Origin: Lama guanicoe
Taxonomy: Eukaryota
DNA length: 64,000 nucleotides
Direction of reading: 5' to 3'
Assembly (NCBI GenBank): GCA_013239625.1
Contig: MU054187.1
Span: 6,831,757 to 6,895,756 of the forward strand
Every line of letters begins with the position of its first letter. Position 1 is the stretch's first letter. Positions 48,475 to 61,207 of this stretch are shown in pieces. The notes under the pieces are model-generated. The model was not told where the DNA came from. It did no database searches and worked only from the letters and a program-made list of their open reading frames with translations. The translations under genes were made by a program, and so were the position numbers.

Positions 48475-48955
48475 TGTGTGTTTTAATTCAGTTTCCTCTA
48501 AAAGTAGAGCTTGAAAAGGGGATTCTGGGCAGGTAATTTGCCTGAGAGATGAGCTCAGGAAGCAGAGTGAGGAAGGGAGGGAAACAGAAGGATGCAGAGG
48601 GAGGAAGGCCAGTATGTGTGCATTGCTGTTTCCACTGCTAAAGGCGACTGGGCAGTTCGTTCAGAACCTCCGAAAATTGAACAGGATGTTTCCCAGAAAT
48701 GTCCTCACCAAAGGCAGGAGGCTGCAGCCTTTATCTGCTGACACTCATCTCCCGTTGGTTGAAGGTCACTGCCAAGGATATGCCTTTAGGCTGTGCCTAC
48801 AACTGGCAAGGGTTCTGTTGGCATCTTAGCCCTGGAGCCGGGAGCACACTGACTCGGGCCATGCCTGTTTGAGGTACAGCAAGTGAGTCAGAGCTCGTGC
48901 CACTGTGCACTGCAGGTGATGCTAACAGGAGATGAGCCAAGCGGCATCCGCTGCA
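48475..48955 (-). mobile_element. LTR16-like ERVL LTR (3' LTR of the deleted provirus)
   Basis: TTCAGTTTCCTCTAAAAGTAGAGCTTGA..GGATTC..CAGGAAGCAGAGTGAGG..GGAAGGCCAGTA. The minus-strand start TGCAGCGGATGC is preceded by a TGGAC boundary. Confidence 0.65.
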
Positions 48956-50141
48956 GTCCAGCCTGCTGCGCTTTTCAGACTGTGTGGTGTCCCTCGCTAA
49001 GTCCACTCTGTCACCACATTTTCAAGGTGGGACTGGCTGCAGTTTCTATCAGGTAGTTTTATATAGGCAGGCTTAGAGCAGGCTATGTCCTCTCTGCTGC
49101 AATGGGTATCGAGACCGCGAGTGGAATTTATCACCTCCCTCTGCAGCCACGGCTTCCAGATGTCCCTCACCCTCATCCGCACTGTGGCAGCACTAAGCCG
49201 CTCACCTGGTAGAGAGCCGCGGACCTTCATCCCAGAGGGATCTTCATTCCTGATTGCTTTGCCCTGTTTGGGGCGGTGGTTGTTGCAATTGTCTGTTCAG
49301 TAATCATCAGGCGTAGAAGCACCAGAGCACCCCAGGGGATCCCCATGTTGCAGCCACACTCCCGCTTTAGCTCCTGACGGTGATCAGAATTGATTGCACT
49401 ATAAAATATAATCCTTCCTACGGTGAAACAGGGAGTCTAAAATATCCAGGAAGTTTCAGGGCAAGCTGTCCCTTACTGTCCCCGGTGGACTGTTTTCTGT
49501 TGTTCATCTCCCGTGTGTTGTGTGGGACGTGAGACCCGCACAGCACACGTTCTGCAGGTGCGTTGCCGGAAGTGAGGGGAAGGGAGGCAATTCTGCTTGT
49601 ACCTCTGTTTGATGCAACGTCTAATAGTCCCCAGCTCAGGCCTCCAGGGGCCATTATTTCCAAAGAGGGCCCTTCCTTTAGCAGAAGATTCCTCTCCAGA
49701 TGGTACAGTCAGTTTCCACTGAGCTCTCATCCTTATCGCTTAAATCTGGGCTGTGTGTTTAACACATTTTCCCATACGTCTGCCGGAGGCATGTAAGTGT
49801 AGCCATGAGTCCTGGCTGTCACAGCCTGCTCCAGACCAACGTGAGCCTGATTCTCCTTGTTTGCTCTAGCCTTTTAAGGCAGTTATAAAAAGTCAGCCAA
49901 CTCCATAACCTTCGCATTTACCATTGCCTCATAATGTCCCTGTGCTAGGACTGCGGGACCCAGTGCTTACCCTTCTCTCCTGTCCCTTGCCCCAGTCACC
50001 TCACATATGGTTTGGTAATAGGGATGCTAAGAGCTCCAGGGATTACCACCTCCTCCAGGCATCGGAGGTGGGCTGGTGCTCTGTGCCAGACCCAGCTCCA
50101 GAACCGCACTTTGAGTACTTTCTGGAATCACTTCTTACACC
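48956..50141 (-). mobile_element. ERVL (ERV3-16A3-like) internal remnant: gag start joined to the pol/dUTPase-like end
   Basis: Minus-strand peptides DPSGMKV (49221-49242), INSDHRQE (~49370-49395) and GYGVG*L (49891-49910) resemble ERVL pol C-terminus and gag N-terminus motifs. Confidence 0.7.
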
Positions 50142-50612
50142 GTCTTGGTTTACGGTCCCCTAACAGGACAGCCTGTGACGAGGATGAGAGTGGCTTTATT
50201 TTTGAGGTGACCTTAAGGGAATGAGGAAGTAAGGAGATTGAGACATGGAAAGACAAAAAGCCAACACAGCGGTGCATTTTCTAGGATGCTGCTATAATCG
50301 ATGGGAGCTCCAGTTTGCGGTGGCTGTTCAGAGCAGAGGGAATGCCCCCAGATTTACCCAGTGGCTCCCTTTCCCTAACGGAGCTGCTAAGTTTCTGTCC
50401 TTCTAGGCTGCATGTGAACACAGGCTGAAATGAGGTCTCATTAAGTTGGATAAGATCTTGTGAGGAAACAGCAAAAGATGCAGGTGTTTGATTAGTTGGG
50501 ATGCTGAGAGCACAAGCAGGCTGAGCTTCAGTGGAACTGTCCACCGCAATTAAAAGTAAAATCGGAAGTGGGCCACGTTGCTGTGAAGGGAGCATGTGAC
50601 ATGTCTGCTGCG
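50142..50612 (-). mobile_element. LTR16-like ERVL LTR (5' LTR)
   Basis: TCTTGGTTTACGGTCCCC..AGCCTGTGACGAGGAT..TTTATTTTTGAGGTGACC..GAGACATGGAAAGACAAAAAGCCAACA has the same architecture as 48475-48955. Confidence 0.6.
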
Positions 50613-51395
50613 ATGTGGCATTAAGAGGGAGTAATCTCATCCCCTGACCTAACCCCCACCCTCCCCAGCCGCCCCCTTGTCCTACCAGCGACTCTGCCCA
50701 GGTACCACCCCATCAATGAGGCATCTGTGTTAGTGCCTGGAGGGGTTTATTTCCTGGCTCTTAACCAACGGTGCACATTCTTTGTTAAGTTAGAGCAGCT
50801 GCCCCTGCTTTGGCTTCCTCATCCTTAACAGGAGGAAATCATCTGTTTCATGGGCTCATCTAAAGGATGGCAGTATGGTTTTGTGTGTTTATATACATGT
50901 AGTATGCAACATGCAACGTGTTTCATACACCGCCTGGTGCACTGTAAATGGCCTGAAAACACCCCAGTGGATGGCAGCTGTTAGCCTGCTGGGTCTCTGC
51001 CCAGTCTTCTCCATTTTCCCTGAGTGCACCTCTCTCAAACATCCCTCGCAGCCTTCCCTCTGAAGTGTCCTTGGTGAGCTCAGTCTGTGTTAGTCACTGC
51101 TCGTTGCTCATAGGCCAAATGCAGTCATATGCGAGACATCACCAGATGCCTTGTGAAAATACAAATGTCTTCTGCATTTTCCCCCACGTGTCATTCCAGT
51201 AACCCTGTTGAGAAAGGAAAGCATTTAAATCTTAACATGACTTGCAGTTAAGAAATCCATGCTGTGCTTTTCCCTGATTCTAAACAAACATCTTGATGAA
51301 TCACTCTCGTCTCCTCCATAGGTGGAATCTAGTTTGTAGAAGCAAAAACTACAGTTTGTAGATACAAGCTTATGCCCTCAAAGCAGCAGCTGCCC

Positions 51396-51430
51396 AGGCA
51401 GGGGTAGGCAGGGGTAGGCAGGGGAAGGCA
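51396..51430. repeat. (AGGCAGGGGT)x3.5 short tandem repeat
   Basis: Directly visible. Confidence 0.9.
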
Positions 51431-54400
51431 TGCAGGCAGTTTATTGAGGATGTGCTATGAAGGATAAAGAGGGAGGCAGGGAGCAGGAGAAATGAGCCTT
51501 TAGACTGTCCTGCAGGGGTGGCTCCTGTGCGAGGAGAAGGGAAGGGAACCACTGGGGAGGAAAGGCCTCAGACCACTGTGCGGGTCTGGGAAGGTCTCAC
51601 CGAGCTGACAGGGAGTCCCCAAGTAGGGACGGCCTGCTGGCGGAGCCCCGCAGCTGGCACGCGTGGCCTGCTCTAGGGCCCTGACATCCTCTGACACCGA
51701 TGAGGCGGGAGGGAAGCAGGGCTTGGGCATGTGCACTTGAGGGGACTCAGAAGCAGGTGCTGGAGGCTGTGACTCCTCTATAGGAAGCTCCCCTGACCCT
51801 CCGGGAGGCATTAGCAAAGCATCTCCCTGGTTCTTGCAAACCTCTTTCTTTTCAAGCTGCACAATCCTATTTTGAATCTTTGAGCATATATGATTTCTGG
51901 CCCGAATTGTCTCCATAGCTTGGAGTAACATTTGTCCAGACCGGCAGACTTGGACTCATTTAGAGCCAAGATGTGTGTAAGCCAACACATCTAGATCCCA
52001 TGCAAAATCCCAAATGCTCTGAACAAGGCTTAATCCGCAAGGACGTTTGGAATCTGGCAGGAAGAGGTGGTTGATCTGCTCTTCCGCACTCATTCTCTCT
52101 CCCATAAATGACATTTGGCTCAGCCGGGTCAGGCTTGCCCTGCTCCAGATGTGGAGGATGTTCGACAAATAGTTAGCTAAGTTTTAGGTGTGCTGAATGT
52201 TGACCCCTTCTGAGCAGCTGATAGCGGATTTTTTTTGCTGCGTCATTGGGCACTGGCACAGAACCAGCTCCAGGCGTTTCAGGCGGTGCCTTTGACTGAT
52301 CTGGAGCTTTCTGTCTCATTCAGTGAATCGCTCCTTCATTATTCCATCCCCTGCACATTTCTTGTTAAGAGATGTTCATGTTAGCTGCAGCTGGCAGGTT
52401 GAGTGGAGAGCCTCAGACTGCTCTTTTAACAGAGAGCTTTGTCTCTGTCCTGTGGTTTATCAAACAGCTTCCGCGTCACTGTAATGAGTTTGCCTAGCTC
52501 ATCTTTTGTCTCTATTGTTGAGCATTTGGCTGCATTTTTTTTTTCCAGGAGGGAGTCTCTGTCTACAGATCAATTTGGACTTGACGTTTAAAGCTAAGAC
52601 TTCTTTCTATTTCTGAGCAATTTTGTTGATATCACTTTCTGGACTCTGTTCTAACACCACATAGTATCTTTCCTAACTTACTGTTACCAGCATTGCAGAA
52701 AATGTAAACAACATGGCAGTTCTGAGATTTCTGATACTCCTATAGTAGTCGGTTGCAATGTATCTGGTTTTTCCTTTTGATAACCAAGAAGCCAGACAGG
52801 TTTTAGCTTTTCAACATCCTATACCATGGCTACAAATTGAATACCATGAGTCTCTTTCCCAGGGGGAGTGACATAGCTAGATAGTTTTCAATTTTTGGTG
52901 TGAGGATGCACAAATGACTCTTGATTTTATCTCAAGAGTAAGAGATAAAAAAAGAGGTGAGTGGCAGCTTTGATCTGATTGGGAGACCAAGGAAGCAGTG
53001 TCTGACAGTTGATAGGGACAACTCTTCGCTGCTTGCCGAGAGGTGAAGTCCAGGTATCAGAAGTGCGTCCCAGCCGCAGCGGCCAAAGTCTCACAGAGTC
53101 GGTGTCTCTGGATAAAACCTGCTTAGCTCTGGAAAGAATACTTCCTCCTTTGACCATTATCTGCCTTCCTTTCACAGTCATTGTTTAAAGATACAAGTGC
53201 TTCACAAACAGCAGTTCATTATATCTCAAATCAATCTGCGAGGCAGAAGAGGAAATGAGAGCTTAAAGTCCAAATCTCTGTAAGGTCTGACGTGGTGATT
53301 TAAAGCAATCATCGGTGCCCTTCTACTTCCACCAAAAGCAGTTTGAGCGTTCTGCTTAGTATTTGTTTTCACCTTTCTGTTGTTTTTAACTGTGTACCAA
53401 TTTTCTGGCGTTACGGAGTCAAAGAGAAGTGTATCCCTGACAAAAATACATGGGTAATAAGCCACATATCCCAGAGCATCTCCCCTTGTGTGTGCACTTT
53501 TCTTCTGCTGGCTATTTTATTCCGTTTATTTATGGCAAGAGAGGAGAGCTTTTCTCCTTTTCTTTGGACACATTTATTACCCGTTCTGTTGCCTGCTCTG
53601 CCTGCTTTTCCTGGGGACAACGTCTGCTGGTTTACATCTTTGTTTCCTGCCTTCCATCAGCGTGTCCACTTAGCACACGGCCGAGTTTCAGGATGGAAAG
53701 AAACACAGAGGCGGTCTCTCTCCTCTCCCTGACCTTGAGGTCTGATATTTAAGGGGGCTTCTTGTGCTGTGCCCCCACGTGACAGTAAGACTGCTTTGAA
53801 TGCCTTGGAACCACTTTCAGTTCAATTCCATTAAGTGAAAATTTATGGAAAGTAGTTCCATGGAGTTATAGGGACGCACTTTTTTATTATTATTATTGAT
53901 TGCAATAGGTTTCAATCCCATTCTAATCCTGGTACTGAGGGTCCATGTGAGGATGGGGAAGTTACCTGCGACCTTGGACTTGGCTATTTGTTTTCCCACC
54001 ATTTGTCCTTGAAGTATGAGCTGTGGGCAGTTTTTCCTAACTATTTTATATACACTGAAGTGGATTTTAATTTTTATGTGGTTTTACTTCCTAAAAGTTG
54101 TAATTTTTAGGATTAATCTTTAGCTTATATTCTCATCACACTAGAGTTTAAACTGGGAACCAGTTTGAATGGAACACACCAAATTCTGACATCACAGATA
54201 CTGGCTCAGACATAGAGCTTCAGGACAGAATTTTCAGGCTGATGGCTTTTATTGAAATATTCTAGAAGATAGTAAATAATAAGGATTTATTTATGGCATT
54301 TATTCTTTAGTCTTCCTTCCAGTTTGATATAGAATGATTTCTTATGCAGGTGGTACCAGGGGAGAAAGGAGCTGTGAAATCAACCAGATGAAGAGAGAGC

Positions 54401-55410
54401 CTCGCAGCTCCAGTCCCTCCTCTCTCTTCTGTAAAACGTGCCTGTGATGACTCTCAGTGTAACTGGTAAGTCACCTTCCCAACCTCCATGACTGCAGGGC
54501 CCTGCCCCCTGCTGGTCTCATTCAATGTGCACCAGCTTGTATGGTGATGGAGGGTAAATGCGAGGCCGCCAGGAGGCTTCATACTGGGAAAGGAAAGGAG
54601 CCATGGGGTGGTGCAGAGAAGCGGCCGTGACCCTGAATGTAAGCACGGACCACCGTGTTCCCTGCTTCCTGACTTGCATGAGACTTCCATGAGGATATGA
54701 GTGTCATTTATATATATATGTATTTACATTTTTCTGTATATGACCTTTTGGCATCTTAAAAATCTTTCTGGCTGGGGAGAGGTTTAGCTACTCCTGGACC
54801 TAAAGGGCACAGCCCAAGTCACACCTTTGATTAAAACACACATACACACACACAGAACAGTATGGAATGACTTAAGTGTGCTTTGGATTATTCATAAATA
54901 TCCAAAGATTCAATGGCAAGGGATGCAAGAGTGGATTTTATTTCAATATGAGGTTTCTCCTGTTGTACTTTTCATTTTATTAAACTCAGACACCAGACAT
55001 TGTCCTTGGCCCTGGGAGATACAGGGATGGAGAGTCATGACTCTGTCCCTCACGGAGCACAGAGTCACCAGGATAAGATACACAGAAGCAAATAAATGCC
55101 TTTTGGGTACTGGGTGCCGTGGGGGCAGTCAGTGGTGTGGGGGGGGTTTGCATCCCCTTGAGCAGGGAGGACGGTCTGGAAGAAGGGATCCTTATTTAGT
55201 CACCAAATACTTCACATTTTTTAACCAGTTGTACTGATGTTGTATTGATGGAGATCCAAGATAAGAGGCTCTATGTATGGATTTCCAGGAAAAGTCAGGC
55301 ATTTTGAAGAAGTTTCCTGAAGAAACAACTTCTCCAGCTGAAGGATTTCAGAACTGATGGTGCTCGGGTAGTAAACCTGGGTGCTGAATAAAAGGCTTAA
55401 AAAGCCCCTA

Positions 55411-55662
55411 CAGTTGACCCTTGAACAACATGGGTTTGAACTTCACAGGTCCACTTATACATGAATTTTTTTTCAATGGTAATTCCTGCAGTACTACACG
55501 ATCCACCTTTGGTCAAACCCACGGATGTGGAATTGAGGATACAGAGGAACCTTGGGATAAGGGGAGGCACGGGATACAGAGGCTGACTATGAGTTATAAG
55601 TGGGTTTTTGACTCTGCAGAGGGTTGAGGCCCCTAAGCCCTAAGTTTTTCAAGAATCAACTA
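55411..55662. mobile_element. MER8/Tigger2-derived MITE with TA target duplication
   Basis: TIRs TA|CAGTTGACCCTTGAACAAC and TTTTTCAAGAATCAACTA|TA. Internal GGTCCACTTATAC and GGATACAGAGG. Confidence 0.85.
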
Positions 55663-57404
55663 TATTCTCACTGGAAATAAAGCTTAAGATATTTCAGATT
55701 TTTAATTACAGATTATTTCTTTAGGTTTTACTCTACTCCTTAGAAAATATTCAACTTAATGAAGAAAAAGTAATTATTATCCTCATCTCTACACAGTAAT
55801 TTCGTTCACTTTATATTATAAATTCTGATTAATATTTGTCTGGTTAAAAAAGAGAGTGAGAAAGAGGGAGAAGAAACCAGGAACTGCCAACCGTATTATA
55901 ATGAACAGTATTAGCAAATACACTCTTGATCACTGAGTGCCTGGTAACGTGCAAGGCAACTGTTATTGATCTTGTAGTTTTTAGAACATATAATAACATA
56001 TAGAATAAAAGGCTTTTTTTATTATGTGATTCATGAAAAGTAAGTTCATTGCTGTATGGATCCCCTCACAGATACAAAGAGTAAGGTGGCGTCTCCTTTT
56101 TTAACTCCACCTCTTAGGGGAGCGCTCTGTGAACCGCACAGACTGTGTGAGGTGGGCACTGCGGCGTAGCCATGCTTAGTGATGTTGCAAAGAACACAGG
56201 AAGTGTATGCCGTCTGGAGCCCGAGACGGTGCACAGCCTGGCTAAACCATCCTTCATTCAGTTCTCTTTCCTTTTCATCTGTCTGTAACACAATAAAGGA
56301 AATTAAAATCAGTGATTGATTGTATTTCAGTGCATTATCATCAAGACTGAATCCATAAACAATGCACCAAATGAGAAGCTATTTAATCACGTTCTTTTTT
56401 TCTGTGTATCCAACTCAGTATATCATGGGCCAAGTAATTGACATTTATTTTATTCAAAAGAAGAAAGGAAATTCATTTATTCCATTTGTGTGTTTCTCCT
56501 GTGTTAATAGAACATTCTATTTTCCTTGAAGAATTTATATTTAGGAAAATGTACAAAAATCTTTATTTATTAAATGGAAATCATCATCACATAACCTCTT
56601 TGATAGCATTAGTATTTCAGTTTTTTCCCTTAACTGTTTGTTATTAGTTGATTGGTTTTAGTTCATGGAAATCTTAGATGTGAATTCTGACATTTCATAT
56701 AGGCCAGGAAATTAATTTTCTTCATTAGAGAGGGCATAAGGCTGCTGTATCTTTTATTGAACCAGATTATCTTAGTGCATTATATTTTATTCAGGAATTA
56801 GTTTGATACTCTTAAAATAAAAAAAAGTGAGCCAAACCCTTCTATTATCAAATTTCCTTCTGAGGATAAGATTATGCCCTGGAATAATTGGCTCATATGT
56901 ATTTCCTTTTATTTGGCTAATTAATATGTGGTCATGAAGACATTTGGTATTTCTAAGTGGGTTATGGTATCAACGCTGAATAACACAAGCTGATGTTGTA
57001 GAACAGTTGGAAGTACAAAGTGCCAAATGAATCTGGAGGGAATCTTGAGATTGCTTTAAAAAGTGATCTTTTCTCCCCTCTTTTAAAATATTTGTGACTT
57101 CATAATTGAAATGACATTCCTTTATTTCGTTACAAGTATTTGGAGTGATCAGTTTTATGGAAAGAAACACTCCCAACTTCTCAGTGTTTACAGCCTCCCT
57201 AAGGTGGGTTGTGGTCGTTTATAAAAGACAGTGAGTACTACGGCAGCAGCATTTCCCGGGATCCACACAACTGCCCCTTTCCTAACCATCTACATGATAG
57301 CTTTGTTTGAAAAGAGGGTCCTGAGATAGAGCTAGGGTTGTGGATTTTGGTCAGCATTCAGATACAGTACACTGTCACAAGTCGTGCAAGAGTGAGGAGC
57401 CACT

Positions 57405-57500
57405 GCCTTAAACTCACAGTGGTACCCTGGGCACAATCCTTAGCCTGCCCAGGCTTCAGCTTTCTAATCTATGGAATAAGGATAAACATGTCTTCATCCT
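57405..57500 (+). mobile_element. MIR core fragment
   Basis: ACCCTGGGCACAATCCTTAGCC..GCTTCAGCTTTCTAATCTATGGAATAAGGATAA. Confidence 0.55.
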
Positions 57501-57689
57501 TCATGCAACTTCGCCCTTAGTCATCTATTTCAGCAAATACTGTCCCAGTGCTGGTGGTGTGCCTTTTACCCAGGGCTCATATTCTACTTTGATAGTTTTG
57601 ATTGACGGGCAAGGGTGAAGAATTCCATCAAAATGCCAAATGAGGCATCCTCACCTGCCCAAGACTTTGTACAATCTGAGAAGGTTAAG

Positions 57690-57905
57690 CACAGAGATCT
57701 CTTGCCCCTTGTACCATGTGAGGACTCAGAGAGAAGGCAGCAGTCTATGAACCAGGAAACAGGCCTTCACCAGCTACCACACTGAATCTCGTGACACCTT
57801 GATTTTGGACTTCCAGCCTCCAGAACAGTGAGAAACAAATTTCTGTTGTGTATAAACCACCCAGTCCATGGTATTTTGTTATAGCATCTCAAAGAGACTA
57901 AGACA
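57690..57905 (+). mobile_element. MLT1A-like MaLR LTR 3' half
   Basis: CCATGTGAGGAC..CACCTTGATTTTGGACTTCCAGCCTCCAGAACAGTGAGAAACAAATTTCTGTTG..CCACCCAGTCCATGGTATTTTGTTATAGC..GACTAAGACA. Confidence 0.9.
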
Positions 57906-58289
57906 CCCCAAAATCTTGTATCTGTCTTCTTTATGTTCTTCTAGGATGAAGAGTGGGTGCCAATAAAAGATATGCAGAATAATGAAAAGAAATACCTACA
58001 GAGTGTCCAAATTCAATATTTTTCCTGACTACTGGTCTGTTTGGCATGCACTGTTTCTGGAAGGCAAAGCCTGGGTCTGTGTATGAAAAATATTTAAGCC
58101 TTTAGGACCAATATAAATTAAAGAGGATTTATTTTAGGGTATAATTCTAATGGTATTAGCTTCCATATAGTGCAAATTAGATAAAAATAATATATACTGA
58201 TGTAGGACAAGCAAATAGAGCATAGAAGATAATATAAAAATTCAAAAAAAACCTGTCTTTAAATTTGTTAAAATCATTCTTTTTTCCTT

Positions 58290-60650
58290 CTAGTTTTTTT
58301 TTATTAGAACATACGAAGTAAATATCTACCATATTGCTTCAGATCATTTTTTTCTTTATAAGAAATAAATTTTACAAACATAATGGAAGCTTTTATCCCC
58401 ATCTTATTCCCCAAATATCCCAACATTTGTGTGTGTCCACGTGTGTGTGTGTGGCCATAAACAACCTGTGTTACCATATGTGCGTTTTACATTTCAGTTA
58501 AATTACACCATTTTTAGCATATTTTTGGTATCTGCTATTTTTTCACTCAACATTGTTTTCAAGATTTATCCACACTGATCCGTATACATTAATATAATTA
58601 ATTTTAATTGAGGTATAGTTTTACATTCTATTCACATACTGCAATTTACTTTTCAATTCCCCTAATAATGGGCTTTTCTATTTTTTTTCCAGTTTTTACC
58701 TATTACCAATAGAGATCCAACAAACATCCTTGGACATGTCTTTTTTTGGTACGTGTGTACCACGTACCAAAGGCAGAAGGAAGAGATCTTCTCTAGGAAG
58801 AAGATTTACCTTGTGGAATTACATCTATATAGTATACAGATATCTAAAATGTACAGTCTGTTAGCATATATTCATATTTATACTTACATATAACAATCTG
58901 TAATATGTATATTATTTACATATACTTTGTTTTTCAGTTTTACCATGTATTGTCAAATTACTCTCCAAAGCTGTGACTTAAACTCCTCTTAGCAATATGT
59001 GAGTTCCTGCCATAGTTTTACATTTTCCTTCAGGCAATGATCACAGTCTTGTGGTTGTTAAATTGTACCTTGCTGTTTTAAATTGTATTTCCACAATAAT
59101 TCGCCGTTCATTTTTATCATCTTTTGTGAATATTGTATCAGAATCTTTACCCATTTTTTTCCCTATTGAATTACTTATCTCATTGATTTGTAGGGATCCT
59201 CTATATATAGTGGATATTATATTTTGTGGTTTCATAGTAATTATTTTATTCAGTTTTTCTAACTGGCATTTAACCTTAATTTAGGATGCCTAAAGTCATA
59301 AATTTTCATATACTCTAATTTATCAATCTTTTCTTTTGTTCTTCCTGTTTTCTGGTATTTGTTTAATAAACCCTTTCTAACACCGAAGTCATTTAAATAT
59401 TTTAAAAATTCACTTTTCTTATTTAAGTCTTTAACCCAAATGGATTTTTGTCATATGATACAACATACAGATTTTATTTATATATGGATAGTCAATTATT
59501 CCAGTATTATGTATTAAATAGTATAATTTTCCCACTGATTTGTCACACCTAATCTCTCATTACCAGTCCAAAATAGTCAGTGAATCCATGGATCTAATTT
59601 TTGATGCTATATATTTTTTCCCATTGGTTTATTAGTATATCATTAAGTCAAAGCAAGAAATTTTAATCATAATTTTAATAAGTTTTAATATTTGAAAGAG
59701 TATTATACTTCAAAATAATCATGGCTCATCCTTTCCATTGATTTCCAGTATGACTTTAATGATCAAGGTGTAAGAAAAATACTAGTGAAGTATTTATTGG
59801 AATAACTGTAAATTTATAGATTGCCATCTTTATGATTCTATACCTTTCCATCCATGAACATGGTATACTTGTGTTTTTATGTAGGTATATGTATGTATTT
59901 ATGTCACTCAATAAAATTAAGTGCAAAGTCTTATACATTTTTTCTGGATTAAGTCTTAGGTACATTAATGTTTAATACTGTTATAAATGTTATATTTTTT
60001 AAATAATATTTTCTAATTTGTTGCTTTAGTGTTATAACATTTCTGTTGATTTTTTTACTTTGACTTTACGTCTAAAACCCTTACTGATTTGAATAGTGTT
60101 AACTACAGATTTTCTTGTTTTTTAAATATGTAATTTAAACATCTCCAAACAATGACAGTTTGTGTCTTTTTCTGTTTCTAATTTCTTAACATTTCTTTGT
60201 TCTGTCTTACTGCACTGGCCAAGAACTCTAGACTATCATAAATATAAGCAGTGTCAGCAGACACTTCTTTCCTTCCCTTGGCTTTTATAGAAAATATGGA
60301 TTATGTTTCAACATGAAATATGATAATGTTGATGGTTTTCTTATAGATAAACATATCAGGTTAAGCAAGTTGTCTTCTATTCTTAGGTTGGTAAAAACCC
60401 CCTAATATAAATGGATATTGGATTTTATCTTATGTTTTTTTCTTCTATCTTGTGAGGTAATCCTATCGTTTTCCTCCTTCAATCTGCTAATGTGGTAAAT
60501 GACATTAAAAGACTTTCTATTGTTCATGCATTCCTGCATTACTAGATAAAACCAGTGCCATTATTCTGTATTACTGATAGATTACTTTTTGTATATATGG
60601 TCAACATATTTGTCTAATATTTTCAGGAGAATTTTGCATGTGTGCTCTTA
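58290..60650 (-). mobile_element. Long old L1ME-type fragment (ORF2 to 3' UTR)
   Basis: Minus-strand peptide IPCSWMERYRIIKMAIYKFTVIPI (59756-59965 ORF) matches L1 ORF2 IPCSW..RINIVKM..IYRFNAIPI. Also TTTTTCACTCAACATTGTTTTCAAGATTTATCC. Confidence 0.85.
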
Positions 60651-60669
60651 AATTGGCATATCATTTCTA

Positions 60670-61207
60670 TGCCAGCTACCTATGGGAGGAAGTGGCTGAA
60701 AGTTACGCAGCTGGAGGAGGGGAGTGACTCTTTCTGCTTCCTCTACAGCTGGCCCCTGTGGGGGCTGCACTGGCAGTAATTGCTGCAGTGGCCACAGTTC
60801 TGCAAGTAGTAACAACGCTGGTTTCTGTGGCAGTAGCAGCACTGAGGGATCCTTGTGCTGGAGGCTCCAGGGGAAGCAACGGGGATAATTCAGGAAGTAA
60901 TGACAATACAGCTGCAGCTGTAGCCGCTGATACGGGAGTCCTCGTGGTGGCAGCTTCAGAACCAGCAGTACCAGCCCAGCCCCAGAAGGGCAGCTTCCTA
61001 GGCTCCTGCTCAAGAAGCTCAACTTGGACATCTGAAGCCTTGAGGTAACCGCCACCATCCTCCTCCAACTTAGAAGAAGCAGAGGTTTCTTGTAGTTACT
61101 AATTTTCAAACACCCCTACCTTTTCATGCTTTGCTCCACACACCCTAGCAACTGATTTCTCTATGAAATATGATAAATGGGACTCATTTGTCTTGTTAGC
61201 CCACACA
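60670..61207 (+). mobile_element. Probable old ERVL-class LTR (LTR41/LTR79-like), GCA-rich
   Basis: GCAGC-rich body and 3' pattern TTTCTTGTAGTTACTAATTT..GCAACTGATTTCTCTATGAAATA. The family is uncertain. Confidence 0.4.

Noticed and set aside
51396..51430. G-quadruplex in the (AGGCAGGGGT)n repeat
   Set aside because: Only three G4 tracts with 6-nt loops, so it does not meet the canonical four-tract pattern.
51500..51931. 143-aa minus-strand ORF with ATG
   Set aside because: Pro/Ser/Ala-rich translation of GC-rich DNA, with no known domain and no supporting promoter, splice or polyA structure.
60648..61109. Three overlapping ORFs (96-153 aa) resembling mucin-like or low-complexity proteins
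   Set aside because: They arise from a GCA/GCT-rich decayed LTR-like repeat. Open frames on both strands indicate a compositional artefact.
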